Source: Candidatus Rokuibacteriota bacterium
Lineage (GTDB): Bacteria > Methylomirabilota > Methylomirabilia > Rokubacteriales > DASRDR01
Assembly: GCA_044866005.1 (NCBI GenBank)
Contig: JBIOTN010000150.1
Coordinates: 1 to 32,989 of the forward strand
Length of the DNA stretch: 32,989 nucleotides
Reading direction: 5' to 3'
Position numbers and translations under genes: made by a program. Positions 17,377-24,888 of the stretch are shown piece after piece. Under the pieces are notes generated by a model that was not told where the DNA came from, did no database searches, and was given only the letters and a program-made list of their open reading frames with translations. Each line of letters starts with the position of its first letter. Positions within the stretch are counted from its first letter, which is position 1.

Positions 17377-18516
17377 GTGGACGTGGAGCGCGTGCTGACG
17401 ACGCTCGGCTGGCGCCCCCAGCGCCGCGCCAGCAAGTTCATCGCCTACTTTCAGCTCGTCGGGGCGTGCGACCAGCCCGGGTGCCCGGTCTGCCGTTGCC
17501 TCCAGGATTCGACGTTCCGGTCACTGGACGCCCTTCTCTACGAGCAGGTCAACGATCCGGGCACCCGTGCGCTGCTCGACCGGTCGTGGGGGTTCTGCGC
17601 GTGGCACGCCTGGTTGGCGACCGAGATCAAGAATGCGGCGCTCGGACTCGCGATCATCTACCGGGATCTGCTGGACCAGTGCCACACGCGGCTGAGCGCG
17701 AGCCAGCGGCAGCTCGCCGATTCCCCCCGGTCCACCGGCTGGCGCCGATTCTTCCGGCGCTGGCAGCCGGTGGCCCTGGCGCGGGCCCGGCTCAGCCGGA
17801 CGCGCTGCCTCCTCTGCGAGAGCCTGGCGCGGGCCGAGCAGGGCTACCTCCTCACCCTCCTGGAATACGTAGAGGACCCCGACTTCGACCGCGCCTACGC
17901 GCGCTCGACCGGGATCTGTCTGCCCCATCTGACGATGGCCCTCGACCGCCACCCCGCCCACGCCGGCGCCGCGCCGCTGCTGGCGCGCACGCGCCGCAAG
18001 CTGGAGCGGCTCCGCGAGGAGCTGCGCGGCTTCATCGACAAGCACGACTACCGGAGGCACGCGCCCTACACCGAGGAAGAGGCGGCGTCGTGGACGAACG
18101 CGATCGCGCTCCTCGTCGGCCGCCGCGAGATCTTCGGGAACGAGCTCTCGCGCCTCCCCAGCCCGCGCGCGGATGCCCAGGGGCGGCGCGACGACCCCGA
18201 GCCGGAGTCCATGCCAGCCGAGTCGGCCGAGGCGCTGCGCGAGCGCCTCGAAGCTCTCGCCTTCGAGAAAGGGCGGCTGGAGCTCCGCCTCCGCGAATTC
18301 ACGCGACAGCTCGGCGATGAGTCCAGCCGGGCGGCGGCGCTCCACTACCGTCTGTGGTCGGTGAGCGAGGATCGGAACGTGCTCGAGATGAATCTCGCCG
18401 GCGAGCGGGCGGCTGCCCGTACCTGGGAGTCGGTCGTGCGGGACCTGCGAACGGAGATCGAGCAGCTCAAGACACGCCTCGCGAAGTACGAGCCCCCGCC
18501 GGACGACGCCGACTGA
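17377..18516 (+). CDS. DUF6062-like Cys/His metal-binding protein with C-terminal coiled coil
   Basis: CPVC...LLYEQVNDP...GFCAWH, CLLC...CLPH, ELRGFIDKHDYR...SW. The last ~100 aa form a heptad-rich coiled coil. Starts 6 nt after the pup stop. Confidence 0.75.
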   Translation: MDVERVLTTLGWRPQRRASKFIAYFQLVGACDQPGCPVCRCLQDSTFRSLDALLYEQVNDPGTRALLDRSWGFCAWHAWLATEIKNAALGLAIIYRDLLDQCHTRLSASQRQLADSPRSTGWRRFFRRWQPVALARARLSRTRCLLCESLARAEQGYLLTLLEYVEDPDFDRAYARSTGICLPHLTMALDRHPAHAGAAPLLARTRRKLERLREELRGFIDKHDYRRHAPYTEEEAASWTNAIALLVGRREIFGNELSRLPSPRADAQGRRDDPEPESMPAESAEALRERLEALAFEKGRLELRLREFTRQLGDESSRAAALHYRLWSVSEDRNVLEMNLAGERAAARTWESVVRDLRTEIEQLKTRLAKYEPPPDDAD

Positions 18517-18599
18517 TGCCTGGCCCTCGCGCCGTCCGCGCGCTCCTCAGCCGGGGTGGGCAGCAGTCCACCCTATGCCCTGCCGAAGCGGAGGACTGA

Positions 18600-19778
18600 A
18601 TGGAGAGCGCATACATCGCCATGCTGGCCGGCCTCCTCATCCTGCTCGCCAGCATGGCCTCCGTGGAGATGGGCCTGTCGGTGGCGCTCATCGAGATCGC
18701 CTTCGGTGTCGTTGCGGGGAATCTTCTCGGTCTCCACACGGCACCGTGGCTCGACTTCCTCGCGAGCTTCGCCGGCATCGTGCTGACGTTCCTGGCGGGC
18801 GCCGAAGTGGACGTCGCGCTCATGCGCCAGAAGCTCAAGGAGAGCCTCGTAATCGGGGGACTCTCCTTCGCCGCGCCCTTTTTCGGCGCCTGGGCGTTCT
18901 GCCAGTCCGTCCTCGGCTGGCCCCTGCAAACCGCGCAGCTCACCGGCGTGGCGCTCTCCACCACGTCGCTCGCCGTGGTTTACGCCGTGCTGGTCGAGAC
19001 CGGGCTTACCGCCCATCCGACCGGGAAGCTGCTGATGGCGGCGACGTTCGTCACCGATTTCGGCACGGCGGCCGCCCTCAGCCTGCTCTTCATCCGGCCC
19101 ACGGTGTGGCTTCTGGCGTTCGTGGCGGTCTCCGTCGCCATCATCGCCGTGATGCCGCGCCTCCATCGCTGGTTCTTCACGCGGTACGGCCGGCGGGTCA
19201 TCGAGCCGGAGATCAAGGGCGCCTTCGCCGCCATCCTCGTGCTGATGTATTTCGCGGAGCTCGCGCAGAGCCACGCCGTGCTGCCGGCGTTCATCCTCGG
19301 CCTCGCCGTGTCGCGCGTCTTCGAGCAGCACCGGGAGGAGCAGCGGCGCTTCCGGGTCGTCGCGTTTGCGTTCCTCACGCCGTTCTTCTTCCTGAAGGGC
19401 GGCCTCAACGTGTCGCTGCGGCTGGTGTGGGCGAACCTCGGGCTCCTCGCGCTCTTGTTCGGTGTCAAGCAGGTCACGAAGCTCCTCGGCGTGTACCCGC
19501 CATCGATCCGGTACCTCCCGCCCCGCGACGCGATGTTCACGACCCTCCTCATGAGCACCGGGCTCACCTTCGGCACGATCTCGTCGCTCTACGGGCTCCG
19601 GAGCGGGATTTTCGATCAGGCGCAGTTTTCCGTCGTCGTGACCGTCGTCGTGTTGAGCGCGATCGTCCCGACCTTCATCGCCCAGCGCTGGTTCGATCCT
19701 CGCCGGACGGCGGCCCCCGTCGCGCCGGCTCGACCGGCGCTGGTGCCGGACGCGCCGGGGGAGCGCGAAGGAGGCTAA
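18600..19778 (+). CDS. Cation:proton antiporter (CPA2 / Na+/H+ exchanger family)
   Basis: About 12 TM segments; FLAGAEVD, LSTTSLAVV, AATFVTD, LTPFFFLKGG; GGAGG RBS. Confidence 0.9.
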   Translation: MESAYIAMLAGLLILLASMASVEMGLSVALIEIAFGVVAGNLLGLHTAPWLDFLASFAGIVLTFLAGAEVDVALMRQKLKESLVIGGLSFAAPFFGAWAFCQSVLGWPLQTAQLTGVALSTTSLAVVYAVLVETGLTAHPTGKLLMAATFVTDFGTAAALSLLFIRPTVWLLAFVAVSVAIIAVMPRLHRWFFTRYGRRVIEPEIKGAFAAILVLMYFAELAQSHAVLPAFILGLAVSRVFEQHREEQRRFRVVAFAFLTPFFFLKGGLNVSLRLVWANLGLLALLFGVKQVTKLLGVYPPSIRYLPPRDAMFTTLLMSTGLTFGTISSLYGLRSGIFDQAQFSVVVTVVVLSAIVPTFIAQRWFDPRRTAAPVAPARPALVPDAPGEREGG

Positions 19779-19791
19779 AGGAGACTGGCCG

Positions 19792-20214
19792 ATGTTTCAC
19801 AAGATCCTCGTCGCCTACGACGGGTCGGACGGCTCCAGACGGGCGTTGCGGGCCGGGATCGAGCTGGCCAAGGGGTTCGGGGCCGAGCTGTACACGATCT
19901 CGGTCATGGAGCACCTGCCCCACTATGCAGCCACGATCGGTGAGGTGAAGGATGCCCAGGCGGCCTTCGAGACGTTCTTCCGGGAGCTGACCAAGCAGGC
20001 GCGCGATCTCGCGGCGCTGCAGGGCGTCGAGCTCGAGACGGCCGTGAAACCGGGTCACGAGGTCGAGACGATCGTGACGTTTGCGAAGGACGGCGGGTTC
20101 GACCTTCTCGTGATCGGCTTCGTGGGCCACTCGAACATCTGGGGCCGGATCATGGGAAGCACGACCCAGAACCTGAGCCGGCTGGCCCCGTGCTCGGTGC
20201 TCATCGTGAAGTGA
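19792..20214 (+). CDS. Universal stress protein (UspA family)
   Basis: MFHKILVAYDGSDGS...DLLVIG...MGST...APCSVLIVK; AAGGAG RBS. Confidence 0.92.
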   Translation: MFHKILVAYDGSDGSRRALRAGIELAKGFGAELYTISVMEHLPHYAATIGEVKDAQAAFETFFRELTKQARDLAALQGVELETAVKPGHEVETIVTFAKDGGFDLLVIGFVGHSNIWGRIMGSTTQNLSRLAPCSVLIVK

Positions 20215-20231
20215 CAGCTCCGCCGCGCAGC

Positions 20232-20672
20232 ATGGCGACCCCCAAAGCTGAGCCGGTGACGCCGGCACGCAGCCCCGACGCGATTCCGGCGGCGGTCGCG
20301 CTCAGGCTGGTCGTGTTGCTGGGTGCGGTCAGCCTCTTCGCCGACATGACCTACGAGGGCGCGAGGAGCGTGACCGGCCCGTTCCTCGCGGTCCTCGGCG
20401 CGAGCGGCACGGCGGTCGGCATCGTGGCCGGGGCCGGCGAGCTCGTGGCTTACGCCGTCCGCCTCGTCTCCGGGTACCTGACCGACCGCACCGGCCGCTA
20501 CTGGGCCATCACGCTGCTTGGCTATTCCGTCAACCTGCTCGCGGTTCCCTTGCTCGCCTTGACAGGCCGCTGGGAGACCGCGGCGCTCCTCATGATCGCC
20601 GAGCGCCTGGGGAAGGCGATCCGGACCCCTCTGCCGCCCTACCATCTGCCGCCCACCCCTCCCCGGGACGCG
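20232..20672 (+). pseudogene. Truncated MFS transporter (N-terminal ~4 TM only)
   Basis: VSLFADMTYEGARS...SGYLTDRTGR...ERLGKAIRTP. Homology-like sequence ends at PRDA (20672); the frame then runs antisense through the AhpD gene. Confidence 0.75.
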
Positions 20673-20686
20673 ACTCGTCGCGTCTA

Positions 20687-21238
20687 TCAGCGCGACGGGG
20701 GCAGCAGGCAGAGGCCCTGGGCGGGGATGCCGAGGGCCGTGTTGAACTTGGCGCGGAAGTGCTCGGTGGCGATCGTGACGGCGAGCTCGACGATCTGCGG
20801 CACCGTGAAGTGGTCGCGCAACGGCTCGAAGACCGCGTCGGTCACGGCGGTCGGCGTGGCGGTTACCGCCTCGGCGAAGGCGAGCGCGGCCCGCTCCGCG
20901 GGCGTGAACAGCAGGCTCGCCCGGAACTTCTCGACCGCCTGGAGCTTCTCGACGCCGGCGCCGTGGCTCATCCCCCGGGATGAGTTGATGTCCATTCAGA
21001 ACGGACAGCCGATGAGCTGGGCCACGCGCAGCGAGACCAGGTCCCGCAGCTCGGGCGGGAGCTGCCCGGACTTCTCGAGGGCGACGGCGAGACCGCGGGC
21101 GCCCCGCACCAGCGGCGGGCAGTGGGCCATCACCAGGGTCGGCGTCAGGGGCGCGCCCCACAGCTCGGTCTGCTGGGCGAAGATCTCCCGCAGCTCGGCG
21201 GCGGCCGCGACGGGGTCGATGGGCGGGATGCGATTCAC
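20687..21238 (-). CDS. AhpD/carboxymuconolactone decarboxylase family selenoprotein (CxxU, Sec81), 183 aa
   Basis: ORFs 20996..21238 and 20687..20995 are in one frame joined by a single TGA: ...LRVAQLIGCPF-U-MDINSS...ERAALAFAEAVT...QIVELA. GGAGG RBS; tandem TGA TAG at the true end. Confidence 0.85.
20967..20984 (-). promoter_or_regulatory. Bacterial SECIS-like hairpin
   Basis: Minus strand CTCATCC-CGGG-GGATGAG, beginning 11 nt 3' of the in-frame UGA (20996-20998), with a G-containing apical loop. Confidence 0.75.
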
Positions 21239-21277
21239 GGCCTGACCTCCCTACGCCCGTTGGTCCGCCTGCACTAC

Positions 21278-21306
21278 TTGACACCCCGTGGACAGCTGTG
21301 GAATAT
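21278..21306 (+). promoter_or_regulatory. Putative sigma70 promoter for the phosphodiesterase gene
   Basis: TTGACA-N17-GAATAT(AT) in a locally AT-richer patch. Confidence 0.5.
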
Positions 21307-21483
21307 ATCGGCCACGACGCGCGAGGCGCAGTCCGGCTCCCTCATCCCCAGCGCGCGGGGCCGCCGACGGCGGCAGCCCGGTGGTAGCGGGCACCCGAAC
21401 GGGCCTCACGGGTGCGGTTTCCAATGGTCGGGACGGGCCCTGACTATACCCTCTAACCTGGAGCCTGACAACCGCGGGGCCGC

Positions 21484-22251
21484 ATGCACTTTGAGGTCCT
21501 AGGCTGCCACGGAGGGGACGTCCCGAACCTCCGTCTCCCGACCTTCCTCCTCAACGGGCGCGTCCTGCTGGAAGCCGGCGGCGTGACCGCCGCCCTGCCG
21601 TTGGAGAAGCAGATCGCGCTCCAGCACGTCCTGGTCTCCCACGCGCACCTCGACCACATCGTGGGCCTGGCCTTCCTCGTCGACAACATTCAGTCGCAAG
21701 CGGTGGGCGGGCGCGCGAGCTCGGTCACGACGGCGTCCCTGGCGCCGGTCATCAAGGACCTGCGCACCCACTGCTTCAACAACCGCCTGTGGCCGGACTT
21801 CACCGCGCTGCCCACCCCGGATGCCCCGGTCCTCCGCCTGGAGGCGCTCGTGGAGGGTGAGCCGACCAAGTTCGGGGACCTCACGGTCATCCCCGTGCCG
21901 GTCAACCACGCGGTGCCGGCGGCGGGATTCGTCATCTCCGACGGCGCCTCGGGCCTGGTCTTCTCCGGGGATACCGGGCCCACCGAGCAGCTCTGGCGCG
22001 TCGCGCGGCACGTCCGCGACATCGGCGCCGTCGTGGTGGAGACCGCCTTCCCGAATCGACTCGAGGCGCTCGCCCACGCCTCCGGACACCTCACGCCCCG
22101 GCTCCTCCAGCGCGAGATGGAGCGGATGCCGAACGCTCCGATCTGGGTCTACCACGTCAAGCCCGCGTACTACGAGGAGACCGCCGAGGAGCTGGGGCGG
22201 CTGGAGGGGCGCGTGCAGCTCCTGGAGCAAGGCCGCACCTACACCTTCTAG
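21484..22251 (+). CDS. MBL-fold 3',5'-cyclic-nucleotide phosphodiesterase (class II-like)
   Basis: VLGCHGG, SHAHLDH, FNNRLWPDF, VNHAVP, FSGDTGPT, ETAFPN, SGHLTP, YHVKP. Confidence 0.8.
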   Translation: MHFEVLGCHGGDVPNLRLPTFLLNGRVLLEAGGVTAALPLEKQIALQHVLVSHAHLDHIVGLAFLVDNIQSQAVGGRASSVTTASLAPVIKDLRTHCFNNRLWPDFTALPTPDAPVLRLEALVEGEPTKFGDLTVIPVPVNHAVPAAGFVISDGASGLVFSGDTGPTEQLWRVARHVRDIGAVVVETAFPNRLEALAHASGHLTPRLLQREMERMPNAPIWVYHVKPAYYEETAEELGRLEGRVQLLEQGRTYTF

Positions 22252-22284
22252 CCGGGCCGATAGCCGTCGCCTCTCGGCCCGGCT
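22250..22284. repeat. Intergenic repeat family B copy 1 (hairpin) between convergent genes
   Basis: AGCCGGGCCGA-N13-TCGGCCCGGCT; 25/28 identity with 32954-32981. Confidence 0.7.
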
Positions 22285-22341
22285 CGGGCGTTCGCGCCTC
22301 GGCGAACGGCTCGGGCCTGTCGCCCCCAAGTTCGGCGACCG

Positions 22342-23241
22342 CTAACGGGCGCGGCGGGCGAGCTCGACCTCGATCGCCGGCAGCGCCTCCAGGATCACCT
22401 CCCCCACGACGGCCAGGCTCCGGGCGTCGAGCTTGTCCGGCGTGTCCTCGGGCGTGTGCCAGAACGCGTTCTGCCCGGCCCGGCCGCCGTACTCGAAGTC
22501 GATGAGGAGGGCCGCCGCAACCCCCGCATCCAGGAACGGCGTGTGGTCGTCCTCCACCGGCTGCCGCTCGTCGAGGAAGTGCCGGTCGTGGCCGAGCCGG
22601 CGCGCGACGGCCCACACCAGGTCGGTCAGCCACGGCGTGGAGGCCGCCTCGCGGCGGATCCCCAGGTCGCGATCGCCGATCATGTCGGCGACGAGAAGCG
22701 CCCGCAGGCGGGGGAGGGTGCCGGAGGCGCGGAGCGCCGCCACGAAGGCGCGACTGCCGTAAAGGCTGTCCGTCGGGCTCCACTCGACCTGCGCCTCCTC
22801 GCCGTCGAAGAAGACGAGCCAGCGCGTGTAGGCCGGGGGGGCGGCCCGATGGCGGGCCGCCAGCGCGCGGCCGAGCTCGAGCAAGAGCGCGGCGGAGGAG
22901 CCGCCGTCGTTGGCGCCGACGAAGCGGAACGTGGAGAAGACCTTCGTGTCGTAGTGACCGGCGACGGCCACGACCTCCGGCCGCCGGCCCGGCCACTCGC
23001 CGACGACGTTCGTCATCCGGACCGGTCCGCGGGGCGTGCGCGCCGTGAAGGCCTCCTCCCGGACCCGCCAGCCGGCCTGGCGAAGCTGCCCGACGATGTA
23101 GGCCCGGGCCCGCGCCAGCGCCGGGGAGCCGGGCGGTCGCGGTCCGAAGCCGACGAGCCGCTCGACGTCCCGCAGGGCCCGCGGCCCGTCGAACGCGGCC
23201 GCCGCGACCGCGAGGAGGGCGCCGGCCAGGAGGATCGTCAC
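22342..23241 (-). CDS. Secreted M28-family peptidase (glutaminyl-cyclase-like)
   Basis: Signal peptide; GHYDTK, GANDGGSS, FFDGEE, DMIG, EDDHTPF, WHTPEDT. GTG start at 23241. Confidence 0.88.
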   Translation of the reverse strand: MTILLAGALLAVAAAAFDGPRALRDVERLVGFGPRPPGSPALARARAYIVGQLRQAGWRVREEAFTARTPRGPVRMTNVVGEWPGRRPEVVAVAGHYDTKVFSTFRFVGANDGGSSAALLLELGRALAARHRAAPPAYTRWLVFFDGEEAQVEWSPTDSLYGSRAFVAALRASGTLPRLRALLVADMIGDRDLGIRREAASTPWLTDLVWAVARRLGHDRHFLDERQPVEDDHTPFLDAGVAAALLIDFEYGGRAGQNAFWHTPEDTPDKLDARSLAVVGEVILEALPAIEVELARRAR

Positions 23242-23276
23242 CGCCCCGCCGGCCGCGCGGCCGAGCGCGCCCGCCC

Positions 23277-24149
23277 TCACGGCGTGAGGCCGGCCGCCGC
23301 GTAGTAGTTCAGGCTCATGAAGAACTCGCCGCGCGCCGCCGCCGCATCGGCGTCCGCGAGCCAGCGGGCCCCTTGGGCCGCGCTGATCACCCGCCATCGG
23401 GTCACCAGGTCGACCCGCCGCGTGAGCATCGAGCGCACGTACTCGTCGTAGACGGGCTCGACGAGGACGAACGCCCGCCCGCGCACGCCGGCGAGCCCCG
23501 CCGCCCGAAGCCGCCGGACGAGGGTGCGCCCGCTCCAGGGGTTGGCGTAGTAGCGCTCGGCATGGGCCTCGATGATCCGCCGCGTCAGCGGCCGGTCCGG
23601 CAGGTCGAGGACCAGGCTGCCGAGGTCCTGATCCAGCACCGCGACGCGCCCGCCGGGGCGCACGACGCGGGCCATCTCGGCCAGGACGCGATCGCTCTCC
23701 GCGACGTGCAGGAGGACGGTGACCGCCACCGCGGCATCGAACGAGTCCCGGGCGAACGGAAGGCGCCGCCCGTCGGCCACGCGGAAGGCGCACCGCGCCC
23801 CCGACCGATGCGCGGCCGTCCGGCGGCGCGCCTCGCGCACGAAGGCGCGGCTCGGGTCGATGCCGACGACGCGGCCCGCGACGCCGACCCGGGCGCCGAG
23901 ATCGCGCGTGACCACGCCACTCCCGCAGCCCACCTCGAGGACACGCCAGCCCGGCCGGATGCCGGCGAACGCCAGAAACGCCCGGCGAAGGCGCCGCTGA
24001 TGCGGCTGCGCGCCGCGGGCTTCCAGGAAGTGGGCGAACTGGAGCGGGTCCGGCTGCGCGTCGATGGCGACGTAGGGATCGGGCGAGTCGAGCGCCGGCC
24101 GGGTGCGGGCGCGGCGGGCGCGCTCCGGGACGGCGCGGCGCCGGCTCAG
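23277..24149 (-). CDS. Class I SAM-dependent methyltransferase (UbiE-like), probable CTG start
   Basis: VLEVGCGSG, GIDPS, ADGRRLPF...SFD, VVRPGGRV. The frame stays open upstream of GTG 23933 to a CTG at 24149 that overlaps the YHS stop (CTGA). Product is confident; the start is inferred. Confidence 0.8.
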   Translation of the reverse strand: MSRRRAVPERARRARTRPALDSPDPYVAIDAQPDPLQFAHFLEARGAQPHQRRLRRAFLAFAGIRPGWRVLEVGCGSGVVTRDLGARVGVAGRVVGIDPSRAFVREARRRTAAHRSGARCAFRVADGRRLPFARDSFDAAVAVTVLLHVAESDRVLAEMARVVRPGGRVAVLDQDLGSLVLDLPDRPLTRRIIEAHAERYYANPWSGRTLVRRLRAAGLAGVRGRAFVLVEPVYDEYVRSMLTRRVDLVTRWRVISAAQGARWLADADAAAARGEFFMSLNYYAAAGLTP

Positions 24150-24403
24150 GAGGGGACCTTGAATTTCGCGGCGCAGGCGGGGCTGCAGAAGTAGTACGTG
24201 GCGGCGCCGGCGGTCCGGCTGACGGCGGTCCGGCGCGGCACGTAGGTCTCGCAGACCGGATCCTTCACCAGCTCGTTCCGTAGCGCGCGCGGCGCGCCGG
24301 CGCGGCCCCCGCCCCGGAACCCGGCCAGGAAGCCTGCGATGGCGGCGCGAACGAGCAGGAAGATCAGAACGGCGAGGAGGACGAGGAGGAGGAGCCGGAC
24401 CAC
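24146..24403 (-). CDS. Membrane-anchored YHS/TRASH domain protein
   Basis: N-terminal TM; KDPVCETYV...YYFCSPAC; AGGAG RBS. Confidence 0.85.
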   Translation of the reverse strand: MVRLLLLVLLAVLIFLLVRAAIAGFLAGFRGGGRAGAPRALRNELVKDPVCETYVPRRTAVSRTAGAATYYFCSPACAAKFKVPS

Positions 24404-24437
24404 GGCTCCTCTAGGATGCCAGGGTCATGGGGGCGCG

Positions 24438-24785
24438 TTACCCGTTTTCCGGCCGGATGTGCAGCGATTTGAGAAAGTCCTGGTCGAGCTTCGTCAGCTC
24501 GAAGCGGAGATCGCCGTTTTCCGGGACGGCACCGATCTCCCGCACGACGTAGGTCTCGTCCTCGTCCTCGGACGCGCCGTCGCCGTTCTCGGTCTCGCCG
24601 TCGTCTTCGGCCTCGGCCGCGCCCTCGGCGGACTCCGCGTTCGCGACGAAGAAGAGCCGCGCCTCGTAACCGTTTCGCACGAGCTCCGCGAGCGCGTCAC
24701 GCACCGCCGAAGAGGTCGAGAGCGACGCCTCGACGGCCTGCATGAGCTTCGCCATCAGGTCGCGGACCGCGTCGTCCTTGTCCAT
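24438..24785 (-). CDS. Hypothetical protein with acidic linker
   Basis: Coding-like composition, helical N-terminus, FELTKLDQDFLKSLHI C-terminal motif, strong promoter upstream. Confidence 0.7.
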   Translation of the reverse strand: MDKDDAVRDLMAKLMQAVEASLSTSSAVRDALAELVRNGYEARLFFVANAESAEGAAEAEDDGETENGDGASEDEDETYVVREIGAVPENGDLRFELTKLDQDFLKSLHIRPENG

Positions 24786-24801
24786 GCGAGCCCTCGAACT
24801 C

Positions 24802-24830
24802 AGGATAGCCCCCACCCCCCCGGCTGTCAA
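24802..24830 (-). promoter_or_regulatory. sigma70 promoter
   Basis: Minus strand TTGACA-N17-TATCCT, ending 16 nt upstream of ATG 24785. Confidence 0.75.
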
Positions 24831-24888
24831 ATTTCCGCACACCGGCCGCGGCGCGCGGCAACCGCGCGAAAAGCCGCCGTTCATCGCT

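Noticed and set aside
20687..21238. Two separate small genes or a nonsense pseudogene
   Set aside because: The UGA sits at the redox Cys position with a SECIS-like hairpin at the expected distance, so Sec read-through is the better explanation.
20190..21245. 351-aa ORF as an intact MFS transporter
   Set aside because: Only the first part is MFS-like; the rest is the antisense of the AhpD selenoprotein gene.
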